Shown: positions 27,417 through 37,094 of the stretch, piece after piece
Layout: each line of letters starts with the position of its first letter
Numbering within the stretch: position 1 is the first letter of the stretch
From: Alphaproteobacteria bacterium
GTDB lineage: Bacteria; Pseudomonadota; Alphaproteobacteria; Rickettsiales; JABCZZ01
Assembly (NCBI GenBank): GCA_035906055.1
Contig: JAMIFV010000016.1
Coordinates: forward strand, 2,210 to 66,209
Direction of reading: 5' to 3'
Length of the DNA stretch: 64,000 bases
Made by a program: the position numbers and the translations under genes
The notes under the pieces: model-generated
What the model was told of the DNA's origin: nothing
Databases searched by the model: none
The model's input: the letters and a program-made list of their open reading frames with translations, nothing else

Positions 27417-27968
27417 CTACATCATGCCGAATCCGGCCTCCTTGTCGCTGACAAGCGGGTAACTGCGTGAATTAAACAGCTGGTAGTGCCACCATTCATT
27501 GCGATAGAAATCCCATCCTGCGGCGCTCATGATGCCAAGCAGCACCAGCCTGTTGCGTTGGGCTTGCGGTGAAATATCTGTGCGGGCGTGGTGGGAAAGC
27601 GGTGTGAAAGCGTCGAACGGGGTTCCCATATCCACATCTTTTCCGTCCGGGCCGGTAAGGGTGAGGTCAATGGCCACGCCGCGCGAATGCGGGGAGCCTT
27701 TGGCGGGGTCGGTGAGGAAGTCGGGATCCGGCGAATGTTCCCATAATTTCCACTGCGCTTCGGTGGGGCGGTACGCATCGAATATGCGGAAGCTGTAGCC
27801 GAGCGGACGTGCTATATCACATGCTTTGCGCAACGCTTCCGCGGCGTCCTTATGCAGATAGCACAGGCCTTTTTTATAGACCGGCTTGCCGGTAAAATTG
27901 TCGGAAGTGGCGTAACGGATATCAATTTTAACGCCAAAATCAGCTTCGTTTATTAGCAATAGATCCAT
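27417..27968 (-). CDS. ddpX: D-alanyl-D-alanine dipeptidase (VanX/DdpX family, M15)
   Basis: IRYATSDNFTG, SPHSRGVAIDLTL and EWWHY. Confidence 0.85.
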   Translation of the reverse strand: MDLLLINEADFGVKIDIRYATSDNFTGKPVYKKGLCYLHKDAAEALRKACDIARPLGYSFRIFDAYRPTEAQWKLWEHSPDPDFLTDPAKGSPHSRGVAIDLTLTGPDGKDVDMGTPFDAFTPLSHHARTDISPQAQRNRLVLLGIMSAAGWDFYRNEWWHYQLFNSRSYPLVSDKEAGFGMM

Positions 27969-28030
27969 AATATATTGATATTTATAATTATAATTTTGTA
28001 AATATAGGTAACTATTTGTTAACCACTATA

Positions 28031-28130
28031 TGGTTAAATGATCTTGTGAGTGCTTCCTAGGAAGTACGACCTGATTACCCTCCATTGTTTGGTTTTTTGG
28101 CCCCCGTACGAAAGTCCGGGGGCTTTTTTT
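28031..28130 (+). ncRNA. Candidate small RNA (5' end unknown) ending at an orphan terminator
   Basis: Hairpin gtgcttcctaggaagtac (28050-28067), a single-stranded stretch containing ccctcc (28078-28083), then a strong plus-strand terminator. Both flanking genes are on the minus strand. Confidence 0.4.
28099..28130 (+). terminator. Rho-independent terminator
   Basis: gcccccg-tac-gaaa-gtc-cgggggc stem with a GAAA tetraloop, followed by seven T residues. Confidence 0.8.
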
Positions 28131-28244
28131 AAGTGGTATGCATTTTTTCTACCATGCCTGCAAAACGCTTTGCTTTATCCTCACAGCAGTTTCCCTTAAT
28201 CATAAGTGGCTATAGTGAAATTATATCAGGCGGTGCGGGGTTGT

Positions 28245-29021
28245 CTATGCCGTGCGATAGAGATTCGGCAGCATCTCAACGAACGGCTTTTCTATCTGCT
28301 GGCGGCAATACTGCGCCAGTTCTTTGCGCGACGCGAACCGGCTGCCGGTAACCGCTTCGTGGAATACCAGCGTCACATGCGCGCTTTTATGCTTCAGGAA
28401 CGCGGCGATATGTGGGAAAAAGAACGCGTCGCCATACCAGCCCACAACAGGCAACGCCGCTTCATCGAGCGGCTTGCCATTGAAATGCGTATAGACGACG
28501 GAAAGCGGTTGTACGGCTACATCGCCGGAGTCGGCCAGGCTGAAGAACGAGGACTTGAACGGCAGCATGCTTCTGCCTTCATTGGTGGTGCCTTCGGGAA
28601 ACAGGCTGATGACCTCGCCGCCTATGCGCGCTTCTTCCAGCAGCTTTTTATTTTCCAGCGTTTTGCTCGGGCGGCGGTCGATGAACACGCAGCCAGCCAT
28701 TGCGCATAACGTCCCGATCACCGGCCAGCCCGCGATCTCGCTTTTAGGAGTGAAGGCGGCGGGCACGATCTTGCCGATGGCGAACAGGTCAAGGTAAGAG
28801 AAGTGGTTGGAAACCAGCAGCAGCGGGCGCTCTGCCGATAATGCGCCCTTTACGCTCACACGCAGGCCCACGATTACGCAGCCCGTGGCAAACGACAGGC
28901 ACATGATGCGGCGATTGAGGCGCCGCAGCCCTAGCAGGCTGCAGATGCCCATCGCGCACAGCGTCATGAGCACGCACAGTATGACCAGTGGCGCTTTGAG
29001 GATGAAGCGGATGTACTGCAT
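28245..29021 (-). CDS. olsA: Lyso-ornithine lipid O-acyltransferase / 1-acyl-glycerol-3-phosphate acyltransferase family
   Basis: LLVSNHFSYLDL (HX4D-type box) and FPEGTTNEGRS. The ATG at 29021 overlaps the olsB stop (TAATG). The track ORF extends to 29117. Confidence 0.8.
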   Translation of the reverse strand: MQYIRFILKAPLVILCVLMTLCAMGICSLLGLRRLNRRIMCLSFATGCVIVGLRVSVKGALSAERPLLLVSNHFSYLDLFAIGKIVPAAFTPKSEIAGWPVIGTLCAMAGCVFIDRRPSKTLENKKLLEEARIGGEVISLFPEGTTNEGRSMLPFKSSFFSLADSGDVAVQPLSVVYTHFNGKPLDEAALPVVGWYGDAFFFPHIAAFLKHKSAHVTLVFHEAVTGSRFASRKELAQYCRQQIEKPFVEMLPNLYRTA

Positions 29022-29842
29022 TATTCGTCGGTGGTGGCGCGCGCCGTGTAGCGCTGGGAATAGCGGTCGGTGAGCAGGTCGGTCTTCACGATAATGCCCA
29101 CGTCTATGGTCTTGCAATGCGGGTCGATCACCGCGCCATGGCCGATATAGCCGCCCACACGCAGGTAACCTTTGATAAGCGCGGGTAACGAGGCAAACGC
29201 ACGCTTTTCGTTGATGTCTTCCTTGGGCACCAGGTTCATTTCGATATACTGGCCGGGCAGGGCCTTGCTGCGCATTTCCTCTGGTGCAAGATGGTAATGG
29301 TGCAGGTAGGAAAGCGGCATTTTATGCGCCTGCGGGTCGATGCCGAAAAAGCTGGCGCAACCGAACATGAGCTGTACGTTATACTGGGTTACATAGGCGC
29401 CGATGCCGCGCCACAGCAATGTCATCACAGCGCGGTTGCGGTAATTGGGGTCCACGCAGGAACGGCCAAGCTCCAGAAGTTCGCCCTTCATGCGCTTGAT
29501 GGCGGAAATATCGAATTCACTTTCACTGTAGAACGACGGAAGGTCCCGCAGCGCGCTGCGGCGCAGCAGGCGGTACGTGCCTACTACCTGTCCCGATTCC
29601 GCAGGAAGATCATAATCGCGCACCAGCAGGTGGTCGCAATAATCGTCGAACTGGTCGGAGTCGCGCCCGGTGCGTTTGGCTTCCTCAGAGGGAATGCCGC
29701 CCATCTCGTCAAAAAAGATGCGGTAACGCAGTTCCTGCGACCAGCGGATCTCTTCCGGCTTAGTGGCGATATGCACAGCGAGGTTGCCTGCGCGAATTTC
29801 GCCCCATCCTTCGATATTCTTCTTTTTAGCCAGGTTGTTCAT
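29021..29842 (-). CDS. olsB: Ornithine lipid N-acyltransferase (hemolysin-like GNAT)
   Basis: 273 aa. TYRLLRRS...FYSESEFDI...LELGRSCVDPNYRNR...LMFGCASF. Confidence 0.8.
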   Translation of the reverse strand: MNNLAKKKNIEGWGEIRAGNLAVHIATKPEEIRWSQELRYRIFFDEMGGIPSEEAKRTGRDSDQFDDYCDHLLVRDYDLPAESGQVVGTYRLLRRSALRDLPSFYSESEFDISAIKRMKGELLELGRSCVDPNYRNRAVMTLLWRGIGAYVTQYNVQLMFGCASFFGIDPQAHKMPLSYLHHYHLAPEEMRSKALPGQYIEMNLVPKEDINEKRAFASLPALIKGYLRVGGYIGHGAVIDPHCKTIDVGIIVKTDLLTDRYSQRYTARATTDE

Positions 29843-29845
29843 GCA

Positions 29846-30262
29846 TCAACGTTTGTTTTTAAGCGGCACACAGTATAGTTCCAGCCTGTGGTCCACCAGT
29901 TCATAGCCCAGCGATTCGGCGATTTCTTTTTGCAGGCGTTCGATCTCGTCGTTGCTGAACTCGATTACCTTGCCATTTTTTACATCGATCAGGTGGTCAT
30001 GGTGCACGTCACCGGATTCTTCATAGCGCGCACGCCCGTCCCCGAAATCATGCTTCTCGATGATGCCGGATTCCTCAAAAAGGCGCACCGTGCGGTAGAC
30101 CGTGGCAATGCTGATCTTGGGGTCAAGCTTGTGTGCCCGGCTGTGAAGCATTTCCACATCAGGATGGTCGTCAGACTCCGAGAGCACGCGGGCGATGATC
30201 CGGCGCTGCCCGGTGATCTTAAGGCCGGTTTCGGCACATTTCAGTTCAATACGTGATGGCAT
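29846..30262 (-). CDS. irr: Fur-family regulator, Irr-like
   Basis: ISIATVYRTVRLFEESGII, HHDHLIDVKNGKVIEF and DHRLELYCVPL. Its stop lies 3 nt before the olsB ATG. Confidence 0.8.
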   Translation of the reverse strand: MPSRIELKCAETGLKITGQRRIIARVLSESDDHPDVEMLHSRAHKLDPKISIATVYRTVRLFEESGIIEKHDFGDGRARYEESGDVHHDHLIDVKNGKVIEFSNDEIERLQKEIAESLGYELVDHRLELYCVPLKNKR

Positions 30263-30359
30263 CCAGTGGAATTTACACTTAATATGCCGTTAGGCAAGCG
30301 CTAAAGGCAAAATGCGGGAAATTATAGAAAAAGCATTTTTGTGCAGCGCGGGCAGAGTC

Positions 30360-31766
30360 TTACTGGCCGGTCATGATGCGATTGACTAATTCGCCGACCG
30401 TGGGTACGAAACCGTCTTTGTAGAAGGGATCGCTGGCGAATTTATATGCATTATGGCCGGAGAACATAAGCTGGTTCTCCACGTCCGAACTGTGGATAAC
30501 GGTCTGCAGGGTTTTCTGGATACAGAAGCTGCGCGGATCAGCTTTTTTTCCGGTGGTGAAATCGTCCTTGTCCTTCCAGTTGCTGAAGCGGCAATGGCTG
30601 AGGCAGCCCATGCAGTCCACCTGGTCGATGTGGATCTCCTGCGCTTTTTCCGGCGTCACGAACACCAGCGTATTGTCGGGAGTCTTGAGCGCATCGGTGT
30701 AACCTTCAGCGATGTAACCCTGCGCGCGGCTGAGGCAGTCGGGGCGCACATAAACCGGGCGGCCACGGGGACCGATGCGCAGTTCGGCGGTGAATTCGCC
30801 TTCGGCCATCGTATGGTATTCCACCTGACGTTCATTGCGCATCGTCAGTTCAACGATAAAGTCATTGCGCACCGCAGAAGAATAGAAGCCGGTGGGGCTA
30901 AAGCGGTTGAGGTAGACGTCGCCTTCCTTCAGCGTCATCAGTTTCTTTTTCCACTCGTCGGATACGGGGCTTTCTTTAGTGAGCAGCGGACGCGTGCCGA
31001 ACTGGAACGCGACAGGGCCGATCTCGGGGTTGTCCAGCCAGTGCTCCCAGTCCTTCAGGTGCCATGCGCCGCCCGCCATGATGATGGGGGTGTTCTGCAA
31101 GCCCACGATGTTCATGTATTTGCGGATCTCGGCCACACGAGGGTAGGGGTCCTGCGGTTTGAAGGGGTCTTCGTTGTTGGAGAGGCCGTTATGCCCTCCT
31201 GCCAGCCACGGGTCTTCATACACCACGCTGCCCAGGAGGTGCGGGATCTTGCCGTAAGAGCGCACCCACAGCGCGCGGAACGCACGCATGGAGGACACGA
31301 TGGGGTGATAATAGACGTTATACTCGGCGGCGATTTCCGCCAGCTTGTAAGGCATGCCCGCGCCGCAGGTTACGCCGTGAACGAGGCCTTTGGCGCCTTC
31401 AAGCACGCCGCGCATTACGCGTTCGGCGCCACCCATTTCCCACAATATGTTCATGTGGATGCGGCCATTGCCGTTAGATACTTCATGCGCAATTCTGGCT
31501 TGCGTGATACCGCCCTGAATGCCGTATTCCACCAGTTCCTCATGGCGGTCACGGCGGGTTTTGCTTTTGTAAATCTGCGGGATGGGATTGCCCTGCGCGT
31601 CGTAGCTGTCCGGATTAACGCCGGAGAAGGTGCCCACGGCTCCAGCGGCCGCAAAAGCGCCGCTGGTGACGCCGCTGCTGGCGGCAATACCCTTGCCGCC
31701 TTCAACGATGGGCAGCACTTCTTTGCCCGAAAGCACAACCGGCTTTAATTTATCAATAAATGCCAT
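30360..31766 (-). CDS. Nitronate monooxygenase / FabK-PfaD-like flavin oxidoreductase family protein
   Basis: 468 aa with a TIM-barrel-like NMO pattern (IVEGGKGIAAS, PIIMAGGAW). This is a family-level call only. Confidence 0.6.
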   Translation of the reverse strand: MAFIDKLKPVVLSGKEVLPIVEGGKGIAASSGVTSGAFAAAGAVGTFSGVNPDSYDAQGNPIPQIYKSKTRRDRHEELVEYGIQGGITQARIAHEVSNGNGRIHMNILWEMGGAERVMRGVLEGAKGLVHGVTCGAGMPYKLAEIAAEYNVYYHPIVSSMRAFRALWVRSYGKIPHLLGSVVYEDPWLAGGHNGLSNNEDPFKPQDPYPRVAEIRKYMNIVGLQNTPIIMAGGAWHLKDWEHWLDNPEIGPVAFQFGTRPLLTKESPVSDEWKKKLMTLKEGDVYLNRFSPTGFYSSAVRNDFIVELTMRNERQVEYHTMAEGEFTAELRIGPRGRPVYVRPDCLSRAQGYIAEGYTDALKTPDNTLVFVTPEKAQEIHIDQVDCMGCLSHCRFSNWKDKDDFTTGKKADPRSFCIQKTLQTVIHSSDVENQLMFSGHNAYKFASDPFYKDGFVPTVGELVNRIMTGQ

Positions 31767-31835
31767 AAAACCCTAGCTAAGAGAGCGCACTATAAGGGCA
31801 TTCTGAAACATTGCAACTTTTTATGTGCCTGTACC

Positions 31836-34709
31836 TTAATGCGCGTCGCCCCAGTTGGTGGCGAAGCTGGCTTCCACCGTAAGCGGCACGCTCAGATGCG
31901 CGGCGCTTTCCATGATTTTCCTTACATTCGCGGCGACGCTTTCTGCCTGCGCTTCCGGCGCTTCGATAATAAGTTCGTCATGCACCTGCAGCAACATGCG
32001 CGGACCCTCTCCCCCCGCCCTCTCCCTGAAGGGAGAGGGAGTTCCCTCCACCTTTAGGGGGAGGGGTAGGGAGAGGGTCAACTCATGTTCCACTGCTATC
32101 ATCGCGCGTTTGATAATGTCAGCGGCAGTGCCCTGCAACGGCGCATTGATGGCGGCGCGTTCGGAGAAGTTACGCATATTGGGGTTTTTATCGTTGATGC
32201 CCGGCACATGGCAGCGTCGGCCAAATAGCGTTTCCACATAGCCGTGTTCATGTGCGAATTTCTTGGTGCGCTCCATGTAAGCCTGAATGCCGGGATACTG
32301 GGCAAAATACTTTTCAATATACGCCCCCGCCTCGCTGCGCGAGATGCCAAGGCGTGCGGCGAGCCCATGCGCGCTGATGCCGTAGATGATGCCGAAATTG
32401 ATGGTCTTGGCTTTGCGGCGCAGGTCGCCGCTCACCTCCTGCACAGGCACGCCGAACATCTGGCTGGCCGTTATGGCGTGGATGTCGTCGCCGTTCTTAA
32501 ACGCCTCTTTCAGCACGGGAATATCGGCGATATGCGCAAGCAGGCGCAACTCGATCTGTGAATAGTCGGCTGAAATAAGCAGGTTGCCTTGCTCCGCAAC
32601 AAAAGCGTGGCGGATCTTGCGGCCCTCTTCGGTGCGGATGGGGATATTCTGCAGGTTCGGCGAGTTGGAGGAAAGCCTGCCGGTGGAGGTGAGCGCGAGG
32701 GAATAGGACGTATGCACGCGGCGGGTTTGGGGATTGATTTCCTCCGCCAGCGTATCCGTATAGGTGCTTTTGAGTTTGGCAAGCTGGCGCCAGTCGAGAA
32801 TTTTCTGAGCGATAGTATGGCCGCTATCCGCCAGCTCTTCCAGCACTTCGGCACCCGTGCCATAAGCGCCGGTCTTGCCTTTTTTGCCGCCGGGAATGCT
32901 CATTTCGTCGAACAGCACTTCGCCAAGTTGTTTGGGCGAGGCGATGTTGAACGGATGCCCGGCCAGCGCGTGCACTTCCTTTTCCAGTTTCTCCATGCGC
33001 GTGGCAAAGTCGCCAGAGAGTTCAGCGAGTGCCGACTGGTTCACCTTGATGCCGCGCTCTTCCATCGCCACCACCACCGGCACCAGCGGGCGCTCGATGG
33101 TTTCATACAAGGTGAGCATCATCGCATCGGCCACTTGCGGCTTGAGAACCTGCCAGAGGCGGAACGTGACGTCGGCGTCCTCCGCCGCGTAGGCCAGCGC
33201 TTTGTCCAGCGCCACTTCAGCGAACGGAATTCGCGCTTTGCCGGTTCCGGTCACTTGGTCATAGCTGATGGTCTTAAGGCCCAGATAGCGCTCTGCCAGT
33301 TCGTCCATATTATGGTTATGGCTGCCAGCGGCGAGTATGTAGGACAACAGCATCGTGTCTTCCAGCGGGGTAACGCCGATGCCGTATTTCTTCAGTACCA
33401 GCATATCATATTTGATGTTCTGGCCGATCTTGAGCACGGATGCGTCTTCGAGCAGCGGCTTGAGCAGGGAAATAGCGCGTTCAAGCGGCAGCTGTCCCGG
33501 CAGGAGGGGATTGGGCTTTGGGGATTGGACTTTGGGGGAGAACAGGTCCCCGCTGTCCGGGATAGACCCTAATACCTGTTCCCCAATGCCTGAGGCCTTA
33601 TGTGCCACGGGCACATAGCACGCCTTGCCTGCGGTGCTGCATAGCGAGAAGCCCACTAACTCAGCTTGCATGGCATTGAGTGAAGTCGTTTCCGTATCGA
33701 ACGCCACAACGCCTTTTGCGCGGGCGTCATCTATCCAGCGCGCAAGCGCCGCTTCATCCTGCACCAGCTCATAATTTTTAGTCGTGTCATCCCGGCGCAG
33801 GCCTGTATCTCCGGGTGAGGCACCGGCCTTCGCCGGGGTAACGGTGTTTACAAGCCCGAACTTCTCGCTGAATTTGGCGATGAGGGACTTAAAACCCATC
33901 GCGGTGAGGAACGGCATGAGTTTTTCGCTCTCAGGATCGCAGCATGCGAAGGATGTAATCGGCACGGGCAGGGGAATATCGCTCTTCAAACCCACCAGTT
34001 CATAAGACAGCCGCGCTTTGTCGCTGTTCTGTTCGATCGTTTCACGGCGCTTGTTCTGTTTAATGTTGGCAGCATTGGCCAGCACGCCTTCCAGTGTGCC
34101 GAAATTGCCGATGAGCTCCGCCGCTGTCTTAGGGCCGATGCCGGGCACGCCCGGGATATTATCCGACGAATCGCCCATAAGCGATAATACATCGCGCACT
34201 TTTTCCGGCGGCACGCCGAATTTTTCCATCACCTGCTCAGGGCCGATGCTCTTCTGCTTCATGCCGTCATACATGCTGATGCCGGGGCCGATAAGCTGCA
34301 TGAGGTCTTTGTCGGAAGATACGATCACCACTTCCATGCCTTCGGCGCGAGCCGCAGTGGCGTAGGTGGCGATGAGGTCGTCCGCCTCGAATCCGGGCAT
34401 CTCGATGGCGGGCAGGTTAAGCGCCTGCGTGGCCTCGCGCACCAGCGGGAACTGGGGGATAAGGTCTTCCGGCGGCGGCGGGCGGTGGGCTTTGTATTCG
34501 GGATAAATATCGTTGCGGAAGGTCTTGCGGCCCGCGTCGAATATCACGGCGATATGGTCGGCCTTCGCGCCTTCCATAAGCTTGAGCATCATATTGATAA
34601 AGCCATAAACCGCGCCCACGGGAGTGCCTGCCGGGTTGGTGAGCGGCGGCAGGGAATGGTAGGCCCGGAAAATGAAGCCGGAACCGTCGATAAGATAGAG
34701 TTTTTTCAT
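31836..34709 (-). CDS. polA: DNA polymerase I
   Basis: 957 aa. 5'-nuclease N-terminus (LIDGSGFIFRAYH), 3'-5' exonuclease (FDTETTSL), polymerase motifs (DYSQIELRLLAH, RRKAKTINFGIIYG, QVHDELIIE). Contains two palindromic-repeat insertions. Confidence 0.95.
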   Translation of the reverse strand: MKKLYLIDGSGFIFRAYHSLPPLTNPAGTPVGAVYGFINMMLKLMEGAKADHIAVIFDAGRKTFRNDIYPEYKAHRPPPPEDLIPQFPLVREATQALNLPAIEMPGFEADDLIATYATAARAEGMEVVIVSSDKDLMQLIGPGISMYDGMKQKSIGPEQVMEKFGVPPEKVRDVLSLMGDSSDNIPGVPGIGPKTAAELIGNFGTLEGVLANAANIKQNKRRETIEQNSDKARLSYELVGLKSDIPLPVPITSFACCDPESEKLMPFLTAMGFKSLIAKFSEKFGLVNTVTPAKAGASPGDTGLRRDDTTKNYELVQDEAALARWIDDARAKGVVAFDTETTSLNAMQAELVGFSLCSTAGKACYVPVAHKASGIGEQVLGSIPDSGDLFSPKVQSPKPNPLLPGQLPLERAISLLKPLLEDASVLKIGQNIKYDMLVLKKYGIGVTPLEDTMLLSYILAAGSHNHNMDELAERYLGLKTISYDQVTGTGKARIPFAEVALDKALAYAAEDADVTFRLWQVLKPQVADAMMLTLYETIERPLVPVVVAMEERGIKVNQSALAELSGDFATRMEKLEKEVHALAGHPFNIASPKQLGEVLFDEMSIPGGKKGKTGAYGTGAEVLEELADSGHTIAQKILDWRQLAKLKSTYTDTLAEEINPQTRRVHTSYSLALTSTGRLSSNSPNLQNIPIRTEEGRKIRHAFVAEQGNLLISADYSQIELRLLAHIADIPVLKEAFKNGDDIHAITASQMFGVPVQEVSGDLRRKAKTINFGIIYGISAHGLAARLGISRSEAGAYIEKYFAQYPGIQAYMERTKKFAHEHGYVETLFGRRCHVPGINDKNPNMRNFSERAAINAPLQGTAADIIKRAMIAVEHELTLSLPLPLKVEGTPSPFRERAGGEGPRMLLQVHDELIIEAPEAQAESVAANVRKIMESAAHLSVPLTVEASFATNWGDAH
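32003..32079. repeat. Nested palindromic element inserted in frame in the polA polymerase domain
   Basis: gaccctctcccc / ccctctccctgaagggagaggg / ccctccacctttagggggagggg / gggagagggtc. Encodes about TLSLPLPLKVEGTPSPFRERAGGEGP. Boundaries are accurate to a few nt. Confidence 0.8.
33786..33846. repeat. TGTCATCC-type palindromic element in frame in the polA inter-domain linker
   Basis: tgtcatcccggcgcaggcc ... ggccttcgccggggtaac. Encodes VTPAKAGASPGDTGLRRDD on the polA strand. Confidence 0.75.
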
Positions 34710-34715
34710 GATATG

Positions 34716-34750
34716 TCACTCGTCGTCCTGCGGCTCGACCGCAGGATATC
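34716..34750. repeat. Palindromic-repeat arm flanking the GIY-YIG remnant (polA-proximal)
   Basis: tgtcactcgtcgtcctgcggctcgaccgcaggatatc contains the hairpin tcctgcgg/ccgcagga. Confidence 0.65.
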
Positions 34751-34766
34751 AGGTAACAGGAAAATA

Positions 34767-34901
34767 CTATGCAACAATGGCTTCATATAAATCATTCCAT
34801 TCCGGATTCATCGTATCTATCAACTCCAGCTTCCATTGTCGCTTCCAAAATTTTAAGCGCTTCTCACGCCGGATAGCGGATTCTGCCGTGCATAAGGCAT
34901 G
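34767..34901 (-). pseudogene. Truncated GIY-YIG nuclease family gene (C-terminal about 45 codons only)
   Basis: HALCTAESAIRREKRLKFWKRQWKLELIDTMNPEWNDLYE matches the C-terminal REK..K.W.R.WK..LIE..NP.W.DLY region of small GIY-YIG (COG2827-type) proteins. The GIY and YIG motifs are absent. The ORF N-terminus (SAVILRESAGS) is repeat-derived. Confidence 0.7.
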
Positions 34902-34931
34902 AGATCCTGCGCTTTCGCGCAGGATGACGGC
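34893..34931. repeat. Palindromic-repeat arm flanking the GIY-YIG remnant (distal)
   Basis: gatcctgcgctttcgcgcaggatgacgg. The ...aggatgacgg terminus matches the end of the 63280-63366 element. Confidence 0.65.
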
Positions 34932-34956
34932 TGAAAGAGTTTTAAACACTCAAATA

Positions 34957-34970
34957 CCATTTGCAAATGG
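34957..34970. promoter_or_regulatory. Perfect 14-bp palindrome upstream of the esterase-hemB operon
   Basis: ccatttgcaaatgg is self-complementary and lies 26 bp before the ATG at 34996. Confidence 0.2.
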
Positions 34971-34995
34971 ATAGTGCCCGCCGTAAACCCTGCTT

Positions 34996-36629
<1,634 letters not shown>

Positions 36630-37046
36630 TTACTGGCGCCTCTGCGGTGCTGCCAGCGGGGCGATGGAAGCGCCCCATGTCTGGGCTTCCTGGGGGGAAA
36701 GCTTCTGGTCATCTTCATAAAACTTTTCCAGGTCCTTGATTTTGGCGTCAAGCTCTTCGGCCGGAAGCATGCCGCGATCCACCTTGTGCATTATTATGCC
36801 TACCGAAAAGAACAGGTCATTATAAGGTTTGCGCTCTTTCTCCGGCAGCGTCAGGGAATACTGCGCAATATAAGCGAGATGTTCCTGCGCGCGCGCCTTA
36901 ACCTCTGCCGGGTCAACCTTAGGCGTAGCCGTAGCACTGGCGGCGGTCTGCCCGTTCTGCTGGGCGGGAGCGGCGGCCTGTTGCGCCTGTGCGCTGGCGG
37001 CTAAGCCAATTATCAATATAAGAGAAGCAGCTTTTGACAGTTTCAT
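36630..37046 (-). CDS. Secreted hypothetical protein
   Basis: Signal peptide MKLSKAASLILIIGLAASAQA. No family recognised. Confidence 0.4.
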   Translation of the reverse strand: MKLSKAASLILIIGLAASAQAQQAAAPAQQNGQTAASATATPKVDPAEVKARAQEHLAYIAQYSLTLPEKERKPYNDLFFSVGIIMHKVDRGMLPAEELDAKIKDLEKFYEDDQKLSPQEAQTWGASIAPLAAPQRRQ

Positions 37047-37094
37047 AATTCCCCCTTTGAAAGCATGAGTGCAGTATAGCTTTGGTGACTGGTT

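Noticed and set aside
27417-27968. A VanX-like dipeptidase as part of a vancomycin-resistance cluster.
   Set aside because: No vanH, vanA or vanRS genes are adjacent. Stand-alone DdpX-type dipeptidases are common housekeeping or starvation enzymes.
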